64,000 nucleotides of DNA, from positions 139,573 through 203,572 of the forward strand of contig CAWJCZ010000006.1 in NCBI GenBank assembly GCA_963841505.1, written 5' to 3'. The position numbers and the translations under genes were made by a program. This DNA is from an uncultured Gemmatimonadales bacterium. GTDB lineage: Bacteria; Gemmatimonadota; Gemmatimonadetes; Gemmatimonadales; GWC2-71-9. The notes under the pieces were generated by a model that searched no databases, was not told where the DNA came from, and saw only the letters and a list, made by a program, of their open reading frames with translations. Below are positions 1 to 10,190 of the stretch, piece by piece; position 1 is the stretch's first letter, and each line of letters opens with the position of its first letter.

Positions 1-14
1 AGCGAAGGCTCTGC

Positions 15-770
15 TCAACGGTCGAGAAGCTGTCGGGCGATACGGATGTCATCCCAGGTCGATTTCTTCCAATTCGGGTTGCGAAGGAGGGCCGCCGGAT
101 GATAGGTGACGACCAACGGGATGCCGCGGTAAGAATGTACTCTACTTCTCAACTCTCCGAGACTGCGACGCGCCGAGAGCAGCGCCTCCGCCGCGGTCGC
201 CCCCAGCGCAACCAGCACTTTGGGACCAACCAGCTCGATCTGACGCTCCAGATACGGCATGCAGGCTGCCATTTCGTCGGGCAGTGGCTTGCGGTTGCCG
301 GGCGGCCGGCACTTCACCGCGTTGGCGATGAAGACATCTTCCCGCGCCAGCCCGATCGACTGGATGATCTGGTTGAGCAACTCCCCGGCGCGACCGACGA
401 ACGGGCGCCCGGTTTCGTCCTCGACCTGACCGGGACCCTCGCCCACGAACATCAGACCCGACCGGGAAGTCCCTTCTCCCGGAACGGTGTTGGTCCGGCC
501 TTCGCAGAGGAAACACTTGGTGCAGCCCGCGATAACGGCTGCGATGTCATCCAGATTGTCCCAATCGTGTGGAATATCCATCAGACTTCGTGCAGCGCGA
601 TCCACCACGATCCCGGGGTCGGTCGGGATCGGAGGGGCGTCCTTGAGCCACGCCGGTTGATTTGCCGGGGTCGGAGCGGGCCTGGGGGTCGGGGCTACCC
701 CACTCGTGATGATTTCGGAGCCGCCGAGCTCCTGCTGAATCCGCAGGTAGCGTCGGACATGCGGGTCCAG
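15..770 (-). CDS. udg: Uracil-DNA glycosylase, family 4 (4Fe-4S)
   Basis: Motifs CTKCFLC, VGEGPG..ED..GRPFVGRAG, NAVKCRPPGNR, TYHPAALLR. The ORF track starts at 608, but the frame stays open to a CTG at 770, 1 nt after the rpoZ stop. Confidence 0.93.
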   Translation of the reverse strand: MDPHVRRYLRIQQELGGSEIITSGVAPTPRPAPTPANQPAWLKDAPPIPTDPGIVVDRAARSLMDIPHDWDNLDDIAAVIAGCTKCFLCEGRTNTVPGEGTSRSGLMFVGEGPGQVEDETGRPFVGRAGELLNQIIQSIGLAREDVFIANAVKCRPPGNRKPLPDEMAACMPYLERQIELVGPKVLVALGATAAEALLSARRSLGELRSRVHSYRGIPLVVTYHPAALLRNPNWKKSTWDDIRIARQLLDR

Positions 771-771
771 G

Positions 772-999
772 TCAGACCTCGGACCGGCGGCGGCGCAGCT
801 CCCGGAAGTTCAGCTCACCGCTCACCAGCTTGCGCATCGAGAGGGTGGTCAGCTTGGTGGTCCGCTCCCGCTCGGCCCACTGCACCTGGCGGTCCTTGGG
901 AAAATCGTTCAGGTACCGCGCGAATCGCGCCGCCACCAGGATCGAGCGATACTTGGTACCCGCGTTCTTCGCGGCATCGGTCGGGGTGAAGATCTCCAT
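772..999 (-). CDS. rpoZ: RNA polymerase omega subunit
   Basis: 75 aa MEIFTPTD...KYRSILVAARFAR; AAGGAG RBS upstream; conserved position directly after gmk. Confidence 0.85.
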   Translation of the reverse strand: MEIFTPTDAAKNAGTKYRSILVAARFARYLNDFPKDRQVQWAERERTTKLTTLSMRKLVSGELNFRELRRRRSEV

Positions 1000-1001
1000 G
1001 C

Positions 1002-1640
1002 TTACTCCTTGAAAGTGTCCAGGTCGGCGAGCCCGCTCCGGATGCTCGCCGACCACCTGGTTCAGGTTGTTCAGGCGGTTCACCCGCCGTTCTTCCACGT
1101 CGAGAATGGCCGCCAGATGCGCGACCGCCTCGACGAAGTCGTCATTCACGATCACATAGTCGTATTCCGGAACCGCTTCGAGCTCACGCGCGGCGATCGT
1201 CATGCGCGCGCCAATGCCGTTGTGGTCCTCGGTGTTGCGATTTCGGAGCCGCTGGACCAGAACCGGGGCCGAGGGCGGCAGCACGAACACGTGCACCGAA
1301 TCAGGATAGCGCTTTCGGACCTGCCGTGCCCCGGCCACATCGATATCCAGGACCACGTGCCGCCCGGCCGAAAGCCCCGCTCGATCTCCGATCGCAGGGT
1401 ACCGTACAAGTGGCCACCGTACTCGGCCCACTCGATCAGGTCGTCGGCGGCGATCCGCTGCTCGAAGGCCGGCCGATCGAGGAAGAAGTAATGCTTGCCG
1501 TCTTCTTCTGCTGGCCGTCTGGGCCGGGTCGTTGCCGATACCGAATAGGTAACGTTTTCCCGCGCCTCCAGCAGATGCCGAGCGATGGTTGACTTCCCCC
1601 CGCCCGATGGGGAGGACAACACCAGGAGAAACGGCGTCAC
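1002..1640 (-). CDS. gmk: Guanylate kinase (frameshifted in this sequence)
   Basis: LSSPSGGGKST, SVSATTRPRR, LYGT, VVLDIDVAG, YDYVIVNDD spread over two frames; GTG start overlaps the yicC stop. Confidence 0.93.
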
Positions 1641-2513
1641 GCCAAGTTCTCGAGCTGTTCCCGGAATCGCTCCAGCTCTCCCTTCATCGCCACCACGCCG
1701 TGTTGCATCGCGACGTCGTTGGCCTTGGAGCCGATGGTATTCATCTCGCGGCCGAGCTCTTGCGCGAGAAATCCCAGCTGCTTCCCCACTGCGGTTTCCT
1801 TCGCCAACGTTTCTTCGCACGCGGCGAGATGGGCGTCGAGCCGAACCAGCTCCTCGGTGATGTCCTGGCGCTCGGCCAGGAAAGCCACTTCGGTCGCGAG
1901 CCGCATACTCGTCGAAGCGATGGCCCTCGAGGAGCTGGCTTACCGCCTGCTGCAAGCGGTCCCGCTGAGCGGCCACCCGGAGCGGGGCAAGCTCCCGGAT
2001 CCGGTCGGCCTCGCTCCGCATCGCCGCAAGACGTTCCCGGAGCTCCTGCGCCAGAACCGACCCTTCTCGGGCTCTGGCTTCCCGACAAGCCCGCACCGCC
2101 ACCAGGAAGATCGCTTCGACCTCGCCCCACTCCGCCGGGGGAGATCCGTTGGGGTGCATCAGCATCTCCGGCTGACGCAGCACCAGCTCGAGAGAGATTT
2201 CTCCCGATACGCCGAGAGCAGTCTGGAGCTCGCGGAGGCGCGCCGCCACCTGCTTTGCCCTGGCATGGTCGGCCGGGCCGGCGCCATTCGATCCTGGCGG
2301 AGCAGCAATCCACCGTGCGGCGACCGCCACATGGCCGCGGTCGAACTCGCGGCGGAGGAGGTCACGTAACTCCGCTTCGCATCCCGAAAGCTCCTCGGGA
2401 AGCCGTAGCGCGAGGTTCAGGAACCGGTGATTGACCGACCGGATCTCGACCCGGAGCGACCCTCCCGCTACCGGGCCTTCGGCCCCACCGAAGCCGGTCA
2501 TGCTGGATGGCAT
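1637..2513 (-). CDS. yicC: YicC/YloC family endoribonuclease (frameshift near 1910)
   Basis: SMTGFG, EIRSVNHRFL, DITEELVRL, GKQLGFLAQELGREMNTIGSKAN, FREQLENL. Confidence 0.93.
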
Positions 2514-2553
2514 AAGCCTTTGAATCTAGCTGGATTAGAGAGCAGTTGGTAGG

Positions 2554-4436
2554 CTAGTTCCTGAATTCCCAACGGACTGCGAAGGTGCTGGCAAATCCGG
2601 GCACGACGAGACCGGGAACGTGGGACACGTTCTGGTTGCCCTGCATGTTGTACCGGTCGTAGTAGGCCATGAACGATCCAAGCTGAAGCCCGATGTAGCC
2701 GCGGTAGTAGGTGACCGCGGGCAAGGTGATCGCCACGCTGTCGGCGGTCCGGCCGATGACTCCGGCGCCCCAGCGCTCCACGCTCACCTGAAGCTTCAGA
2801 TTGAAGATTCCGCTTCGAAACGTCGGGAGGAACTTGCTCTGGATCGTGGCCGCCACCATAGCGTGCCGAGGGGGCTGGCCCTCCGGCGAATAGCGCACCG
2901 GATGACTGAACCATCCGTTGACCGAGAACCACTGACGAGGTGAGATCCGCCCCGAAGCGGTGACCCAGTCGGTCCGGGTCAGCAGGTCCGAAGGCGCAAT
3001 GAAGGCGATTGATGGATACTGATCGTAGGGCGCGGGATCGAACTGGGCATTGGTCACGAAGGCCCCTTCGAGATCCGCGATGCTGTTGTGCCAGGCCAGC
3101 ATCACGCTCCGGTCATCCACGTGCTGGGTCGTGTCGGTCCGGATGGCGGGGTGATAGACCTGCTCCCCGTAACGCCACACCGCGCTGGCGGTGAAGCCGA
3201 GGGGCAGGCTCAGGCCGCCCCGGGCGGTGACCCACCGGCTCGAGCGGCTCTCCGCATGGCGCTGGATCACCCCCTCCACGCTCGTGGTGACCCAGCGGAT
3301 TGGGGCAACCGAGCCACGAGCCCGGACTTCGAGCGGAGTCCACCCCGATCGCACGAAGGTCGAGCTCATGCAGCTCGGCTCCAGGCGCCCGATAGCCCAG
3401 AACCAGCCCGGCCTGATCGAGATTCCGGTGGTATTTCTCGAAATCGTAGGTCGAGTCGAGGGCGGTCTGGACCCGCCGGCATCGAGGACGGGGGTCTCCA
3501 CGAGAACCGAATCGCCGCGCACTTCGTCCACCCATTGGGTGTGGCTCAGCAGCAGATTCCCCTGGAACCCGAGGGGCCCTTTCGAGGTCAGATAGAGACG
3601 TCCGGTAAGGTCGCGGCGTCGTCCATGCCGCACCGCACTCAAGGTGTCGCCGGTGCTCTGGTCGAGATCCGGCCTCCCGGTTGGGGCTCATTTGCCAGAA
3701 TTGCGCCTCGAACCCCGCGGTGGGTGAGCGAACGTAGCTGAGCCGGATGATCCCCTGGGTATTGGTGTATCCCCCACCACCATTTCCACCGGGACGCCGA
3801 GATGGTCGAACGCCACCGCCAGTCCGGGCCCCCGCACACTGCGCTTCTCGAGCTCGCCCTGGTACCGCTCGATTCGGAGGTCACCGCTGGCGATGCCGAT
3901 CCTGCTGTAGGGGGCGACCCGGTCGTTTCGATGGGTAAAGAGCCAGACCCGGAGCGGGCCGGCAGACGCTCGATTTCCATCCGGTCGATCATGCTGAGGG
4001 GAAGGAGCGAGGGATCGACCATGACGGTATCGCCCGCGATGGGGAGATAGGGAATCCCGTCGACCAGGTATTCCACCGAAGCGGGGCCGTGGGCCTGGTA
4101 ATTGGGGAGCTCGGGGCGCCCGAGCCAGCCCCCTCGGAGGAGGAACACACCGGGAACCCGGGTTAGGAGCTCGCTCACCGTTTCGGCGCCGGACCAGATG
4201 ATCGAGTCGCGATCGAAGATCATCCGGCTGCCGCCCGGCAGGAGTGTGCCGGCACCAATTCGGGGCGGCGCCGGAGCCGGACGTCTGGCTTCCTGCTGGG
4301 AGCGGAGGAACAACGCGGTATAGTCGGTCGTGTCGGCCCGCAGAGAATCCACCCGGGACAACGAATCCACCACCTGGGCGCCCGCGAGCGCCGGGCAGAG
4401 CCCCAGCAGCGCCGCGGCGAGGACCGTCCGGGTCAC
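2554..4436 (-). CDS. TonB-dependent-receptor plug domain / outer-membrane beta-barrel protein (several frameshifts)
   Basis: Signal peptide, plug-like ELLTRVPGV...YLVDGIP...IDRMEI, beta-strand-rich C-terminus ending VRWEFRN; GTG overlaps the pepA stop. Confidence 0.65.
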
Positions 4437-5917
4437 ACGCGGGCGAGCAGGAACTCGCTGAGGAGACGGACGCCCATGCCGGTCGGTCCTTTGACCGAGC
4501 TGGGATCTTCCCGATCGGTGTAGGCGGTCGCGGCGATATCCAGATGGGCCCACGGAAATCCTTCGACGAACTCGCGGAGGAACCAGCCGGCGGTAATGCT
4601 GCCGGCCGAACGTCCTCCCGAATTCTTGACGTCGGCGATTTCGGATTTGTTGAGCTCCTTGTAGTCGTCCCATAGCGGGAGCTCCCAGACCCGCTCATCG
4701 GCGCGCTGTCCGGCTTCGATCAGGGACTGGATCAGCGGCGGATCGGTTCCCATCAAGCCCGCCGCAAAGGGACCCAGGGCGATGCTGATGGCGCCGGTCA
4801 AGGTGGCGAGATCGATCGCGCACACCGGCGAGTACCGCCGCGCGTAGGACAGTGCGTCGGCAAGCAGCAGCCGACCCTCCGCATCGGTATTGACGATTTC
4901 GATGGTCTTGCCCAGATGACTCTTCACCACATCCCCGGGCCGCGCCGCGCTGGCCGACGGCATGTTTTCCGCCGATGGCACCAGGCCGATGACGTGAAGC
5001 CTGGGGCGAAGCTTTCCGAGCATTTCGAACGTCCCGAGGACTGCCGCGGCGCCGGACATGTCGTACTTCATGTCTTCCATGTTCTGGGCCGGCTTGATCG
5101 AGATGCCACCGCTGTCGAAGGAAACCCCCTTCCCCACCAGCACCACCGGTGGCCCATCGGCTCCCTGGTATTCCAGGGCGATGAACCGCGGGTCCTCGGC
5201 GCTGCCCTGCGCGACCGCGAGTAACGCGCCCATCCCTTCGCGTTCGATCCCGGCGCGATCCAGCACGGTGATCTTGTGTCCGCCACGCTTGGCGACGTCT
5301 TCAGCCGCCTCGGCGATCCGCCGCGGCGGCAGGTGGTTTCCCGGCAGGATCTGGAGCCGGCGGCAATACACCTGTCCCGCCGCGACCGCCGCACCGACGG
5401 CGTGCCCTTCGCGCATCGCGGCGGTTTCGGACGGAGCCAGAATGTCGATGCCGGCGAGCTCGCCCTTTTGCTCCTCGGGTGGCCGTTTGAAATCGGGAAA
5501 GTGCCAGGCCCCCTTCGCGGCGCCTTCGGCCTGGAGCTGCCCTGCGTCACGAGCGGAAACCGCTCCTCTGGCCTCCGGAGTGAGGAAGATGGCGGCGGTC
5601 GCCACCCCGAGGATCCGTGCCCGCTTGGCACCGATGGCCGCAGCGCGGCGAATCGCGGCCCGCGGGTTATCCGATTTCCCCATTCCGACCAGGAGGATCC
5701 TGGCGCCGGACTTTCCCCCGGAGGGATAGAGCAATGCCGTCTCGTCGCGCTTGCCGACAAAATCCCCGGTGTCGTAACATCGAGCGATGACTCCGCCGGA
5801 TGCGGCATCCACCGCCTGGAGCGCTTCGGGTCGATTTCCGGAGGGCACCAGCAGAATGAGCAATGGTGTGGAGTGATTTTCTGGACCGGCGGCGACGATC
5901 TGGGTAGGCAAGCTCAT
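4433..5917 (-). CDS. pepA: Leucyl aminopeptidase (M17)
   Basis: VGKGVSFDSGG, MKYDMSG, NTDAEGRL, DLATLTGA, WAHLDIA. Confidence 0.97.
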   Translation of the reverse strand: MSLPTQIVAAGPENHSTPLLILLVPSGNRPEALQAVDAASGGVIARCYDTGDFVGKRDETALLYPSGGKSGARILLVGMGKSDNPRAAIRRAAAIGAKRARILGVATAAIFLTPEARGAVSARDAGQLQAEGAAKGAWHFPDFKRPPEEQKGELAGIDILAPSETAAMREGHAVGAAVAAGQVYCRRLQILPGNHLPPRRIAEAAEDVAKRGGHKITVLDRAGIEREGMGALLAVAQGSAEDPRFIALEYQGADGPPVVLVGKGVSFDSGGISIKPAQNMEDMKYDMSGAAAVLGTFEMLGKLRPRLHVIGLVPSAENMPSASAARPGDVVKSHLGKTIEIVNTDAEGRLLLADALSYARRYSPVCAIDLATLTGAISIALGPFAAGLMGTDPPLIQSLIEAGQRADERVWELPLWDDYKELNKSEIADVKNSGGRSAGSITAGWFLREFVEGFPWAHLDIAATAYTDREDPSSVKGPTGMGVRLLSEFLLARV

Positions 5918-6057
5918 GGGCTCAATGGTAGGAGCATTCCGAGTCATCCGCGACACGAGATGCAATAAGGTACACCCTCAAGTTCCCGGAAGGGATTCCC
6001 TCTCGGCACCGAGTCTTTCATCTTTGGCCCAGCCACTCTTCACAGGTCGAGGTTTTT

Positions 6058-7959
6058 GTGCGACTGCTGCGAGCTGCCGTCCTGCTCTTCCTGGCCGCGG
6101 GATGCGGAGGTTCGTCTGAACCTTCTCCTCCTCCCGCGCCGCCGCCACCACCGCCGCCACCACCGCCCGCGCCGGTCGGCAGCATTCTGCTGTCGCCGAA
6201 TAGTGGGACTCTGGTGCCACAACAGACCCTCACGATCGCCCCCACCGTGCTCGATGCCACCGGCAGCGTGCTCACCGGACGCACCGTAACCTGGAGCTCC
6301 AGCGCCTCCGCGGTGGCCAGCGTGAGCGCGGCGGGACTGGTGACCGCCCTGACGGCCGGCACCGCCCCGATCGTGGCCACCAGCGAAGGCAAGAGCAGCA
6401 CCGCCACGATCACGGTCAATGACGGATTGTTTGTCGGACCGGCGGGAGGGCAGACAACCGCGGCGTCCGGCACCGTCACGTTGACGATCCCGGCCCAGGC
6501 GGTCACGGCGACCACCGCGGTAACGATCGGGTTCTTCGCGGCGCCGGCGGATCCGAAGTTTGTCCCTGGAACCGCGTATCAGTTCGGTCCCGAGGGAACC
6601 CAGTTCGCCCAGCCGGTGACCATACGCATCCGCTACACCACTGGGCAGGCTGCGGGGCTCAATACGTCCTTGTTCCGCCTGGGACGACTGGTGGGGAACA
6701 CCTGGACCGAAGTGGCCGGATCGAGCGTCGATGTGGCGACCCTGGCAGTGACCGGACAAACCAGCGGCTTCAGTGTGTACGGGATTATCCTCGCCGCCTC
6801 CCCGGTCGCGTCGGTGGCCGTTACTCCCGGCACGAACCCGCTGGCGGTCGGAGGCACGGTTCAGCTTTCCGCGACGCTCCGGGATGCGGCGCAGAATATC
6901 CTCACCGGTCGCACCATCGCCTGGATGTCCAGCAACCCTTCAATTGCCAGCGTAGGCGCCACTACCGGCCTGGTGACGGCGAACGCCATCGGAGGTCCCG
7001 TGACCATCACGGCCACCAGTGAAGGAGTGAGCGGCACCGCCCAGGTCACGGTCGCGGCGGCGGTTGGATCCGTCACGGTCACTCCGCCCACCAGTACGAT
7101 CCCCAGCGGGCAGTCGGTGCAGCTCACCGCGACGGTTCGCGACCCGGCGAACAACATCCTCGATCGTCCGGTCACCTGGGCGTCAGGGCGGCCCGAGATC
7201 GCCACGGTCTCCACCACCGGCCTCGTGATCGCGGTGAGCCCCGGAGGTCCGGTGGCCGTCACCGCCACGAGCGACGGGGTGATCGGAACATCTCAAATCA
7301 CCGTGACGTCGCCCCCGGTTGCCTCGGTGGACCTGGTGGGACCCACCCGGGTCAAGGTTGGTGAGACCTTCCCCTTTGCAGCGATTCCGAGAGACGCGCA
7401 GGGGAATGTCCTGGAGAAGACCATCGCCTGGAGCATTCTGGAAACCGCGAGCGGCTCGATGTCTTCCACCGGCGTACTGGTGGCCTCACAGACGGGAACC
7501 ATCACGATTCGGATGGTGATCGACGGGGTGAACTGGGATCGAGTCGTGACGGCCTACGACTGGGTCGTGAACGGGCTGTCGCTGGCGCTCGCTTCCGAGA
7601 ACGTGCAGGAGAACCAGGGTGCTAGCCAGGAGTTTCCGGTCCTGAATATCGCGTGCTCAGGGGGAGCGTTCCGGGTCTCGGTGAGCACGACGGGAATCGT
7701 CTCGGCCTCTCCGACTATTCAATACTCACTCGGTGGAGGGTCGAAGGTTACCGAGACCTGGGTGCAGACCGGCGGGAATCTTTCCTTCCAGTATTTCGGC
7801 TCGACGAACGCGGCACAGCAGGCGCTCGCCCAGTCCATCGCGGGGGCAGGCTCCTTCATCTTCATCTTTACCGAGGTGGGGGGCATCTCCCACTCGGTGA
7901 TCTTCCGGGTCAATGGGCTGGGAGGACTTCTGGGGCCGCTGAACGCGGGATGCCCCTAG
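6058..7959 (+). CDS. Lipoprotein with poly-Pro linker, several Big_2 Ig-like repeats and a ZU5-like domain
   Basis: Lipobox LAAGC; repeated V.V.P....L.AT..D...TW.SS...IA.V...GLVTA units; GPEGTQFAQPVTI...HFS-like SGFSVY segment. Confidence 0.8.
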   Translation: MRLLRAAVLLFLAAGCGGSSEPSPPPAPPPPPPPPPPAPVGSILLSPNSGTLVPQQTLTIAPTVLDATGSVLTGRTVTWSSSASAVASVSAAGLVTALTAGTAPIVATSEGKSSTATITVNDGLFVGPAGGQTTAASGTVTLTIPAQAVTATTAVTIGFFAAPADPKFVPGTAYQFGPEGTQFAQPVTIRIRYTTGQAAGLNTSLFRLGRLVGNTWTEVAGSSVDVATLAVTGQTSGFSVYGIILAASPVASVAVTPGTNPLAVGGTVQLSATLRDAAQNILTGRTIAWMSSNPSIASVGATTGLVTANAIGGPVTITATSEGVSGTAQVTVAAAVGSVTVTPPTSTIPSGQSVQLTATVRDPANNILDRPVTWASGRPEIATVSTTGLVIAVSPGGPVAVTATSDGVIGTSQITVTSPPVASVDLVGPTRVKVGETFPFAAIPRDAQGNVLEKTIAWSILETASGSMSSTGVLVASQTGTITIRMVIDGVNWDRVVTAYDWVVNGLSLALASENVQENQGASQEFPVLNIACSGGAFRVSVSTTGIVSASPTIQYSLGGGSKVTETWVQTGGNLSFQYFGSTNAAQQALAQSIAGAGSFIFIFTEVGGISHSVIFRVNGLGGLLGPLNAGCP

Positions 7960-7978
7960 CGGTGTGAACAAATAGGAG

Positions 7979-8061
7979 TGCCCGAGGCGAGAGTCGAACT
8001 CGCACGGGGTTGCCCCCGGCGGATTTTGAGTCCGCTGCGTCTGCCATTCCGCCACTCGGGC
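7979..8061 (-). tRNA. tRNA-Leu(CAA)
   Basis: Minus strand reads GCCCGAGTGGCGGAATGGCAGACGCAGCGGACTCAAAATCCGCC..GGGGCAACCCC..GCGAGTTCGACTCTCGCCTCGGGCA; long variable arm, CAA anticodon, CCA not encoded. Confidence 0.97.
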
Positions 8062-8125
8062 GCTCTGCGGGTTCTATTCTAATAACGAATCCTCCCCGAG
8101 GAGGCGCGGAGAAGTCGTCCTCGCC

Positions 8126-8302
8126 TCACCGGGTGATTTGCCGGATGACCTTCCAGACGGCGATCAACACCCAGGTCACCAGCACGGCGGCGAGCACGGC
8201 CCGAATCCTCGCCTCGAGCCAGGGAGGATTTGGTGCAGGGTCGTGGGGCTGCGACGGAGCGCCAGAATCGGGCTGCACCGGGCCCTCAGGAAGGTGGCTC
8301 AT
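8126..8302 (-). CDS. Small single-TM hypothetical protein (58 aa)
   Basis: Pro-rich N-terminus plus hydrophobic AVLAAVLVTWVLIAVW; ATG overlaps the end of the upstream gene. Confidence 0.4.
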   Translation of the reverse strand: MSHLPEGPVQPDSGAPSQPHDPAPNPPWLEARIRAVLAAVLVTWVLIAVWKVIRQITR

Positions 8303-10190
8303 CGTCGTACCATGCCCGCCACAGCCGGGTGGCCTGCGCAGCCACGGAATCCACCTGGACGCTGCGGAAGTACGTGTCTCGCCGGGTACAGCTCGCCAGG
8401 GCAGTCCGGGCCTGCGCATCCTCGCCCTTGGCATGGTGGATTCGAGCGAGCAACAACCGCGGCCGTAACCGGTCGGGATAACCGGCCGCGGCCGTTCTGG
8501 CGTTCAGCTCGGCGGACTCGAGCCAGCCGACCTCAATCTGCGCCTCGGCGAGAGCCAGCCTGGTGTCTGGGTCATCTAACTCATCGAGCCCCTGCTGTAA
8601 CACGGTCACCGCTTGCTCAGGTTGGCCGGCCACGAGCAGCCCGATGCCGAGTTCATGGCTGAGGTTGGGCTGGGAGCGCAGCCTCCGGTGCGCACGCTTC
8701 AGCAGGTCCAGGCTCTCCTCCCCACCACCATCGCTGGCTTTTGCCCAGAGCCGGTAACCTGGGTACTCGTTCGTCGTCTTGACGGCAACCGCCGCCATCC
8801 ATCCGAGGGCAACCACCAGGGCCAACAGCCTGACCCGCCCCCGCCGAAGGTCCGCTCGCAGCAGAACCGGCGCGGGGATCAACCCCAATGCGAGGTGGAT
8901 GGTCACCAGGGTGGGCACCCAGTGCAGGGCGCTATCAAGGAGGGAATGCACCAGGATGGTGACGAGCAGTGCAAGCAGTCCCCAGTCGAGCACTGTGGTC
9001 CCCTGGCCTCTTCTGATTGCGGCCAGGAGGAAACCGAGCGCACAGGCCCACAGGACCACATAAAGTGCGCCGCCCGGCAGACCCCGTTCGGCCAGTTGGT
9101 GAAACAGCTCGCTTGTGGGATGCCGTCTCGCCGCCGCCTGGCGATCGAACCTGGCGTATTCCGGGTGATGCCAGATCTCTGCCTGGTAGCGGCCGTATTC
9201 CAGACCGAACCGACCGGCGCCGACTCCGGTGAGCGGTTGATCGGCCAGCATCGCCCCCGAGATCTCCCAGGCAATGAGCCGCCCCGGCCCGAGTCCGGGT
9301 TGAGCCGGTGCAGCCGAAGACCGGCCAGCACGACCGCAACCGCGCACCAGTCCTGCGACCACGATGAGGCGCCCGCGCCACGGTACCCGCGATCACCCGT
9401 CCGCCACCTACCGCTTGACCTGGTTTTCGAAGTAGCGGTCGCAGAGTTCCCACGAGCAAACCGGCTGCGAAGAGGCCGAGAAGGGCGCCCCGGCTGCCGT
9501 TACCGAGCAGTGCGGCAAGTTGAAGAAGGGCCGCGCCCACGAGCAGCAGACGCACTGACCGGCGGCGTGCCTGCGCGGCCAGGGCCAGCGCCGCGATAAT
9601 TCCCGCCGCCATGAAGGCTCCGAAGCCGTTCGGGGTCCCGACGATGGAGATGACCGAGGTCTTCTCGCCGTCCTCGGGGCTGAAACTGCCGGCCGCGATC
9701 GCCTGAGCGAGGCCGTGGACGGCCAGCGCGGAGCCGACGATCCAAAGTGCCGACATGAGATCCGCCAGCGCGACCGTTCGCGGAGGGGGTTCGCCCGATT
9801 GAGCCGCTTCTGGGTCCGGCAGATTGAAGAGCTGCCGCACGACCACCGTGAGCAGTAACCCGGCCACCGAAAGCCAGAACCAGTTCCCTTCCCACATTGC
9901 GAGCCAGTGCGGGTTCACCATGAAGCCCCAGAGGAGGCTCGCCGCGAGGGTGGCCTCGATCGCGGTGATGCGCAGCCCGCCGCCCGCAAGGTCGGGGCGC
10001 GCAGCACCCAAAGCAGGAGAAAGCCGGCCGAGGCCAGGAGCAGTGCGTATGCCTTGGGGGTCAGGTACGGCTGGTTGACAGCGGGGTCGATCGCACATGC
10101 CGCAAGGGTTACTACAACGCCGAAACAACCGGCGGACCAGGTGGCGAGCGGCCGCAGCGAGGTCGCTCCAGAGTCGCGGCCACCAATCAC
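8286..10190 (-). CDS. O-antigen ligase / O-oligosaccharyltransferase-like membrane protein with C-terminal TPR repeats (frameshifted)
   Basis: Multi-TM; GTPNGFG, GSRGALLG, RLIAWEISGAMLADQPLTGVGAGRF, ELFHQLAERG; TPR-like C-terminus; GTGA overlap at 10187-10190. Confidence 0.75.

Noticed and set aside
772..2513. Apparent yicC-gmk and gmk-rpoZ fusion ORFs
   Set aside because: Produced by indels; each gene has its own start/stop overlap or RBS.
6120..6175. CCG/CCA tandem repeats as a repeat array
   Set aside because: A coding poly-proline linker; no spacers or CRISPR-like structure.
5960..8061. Genomic island integrated at tRNA-Leu
   Set aside because: No integrase, and no duplicated tRNA 3' end found on the far side.
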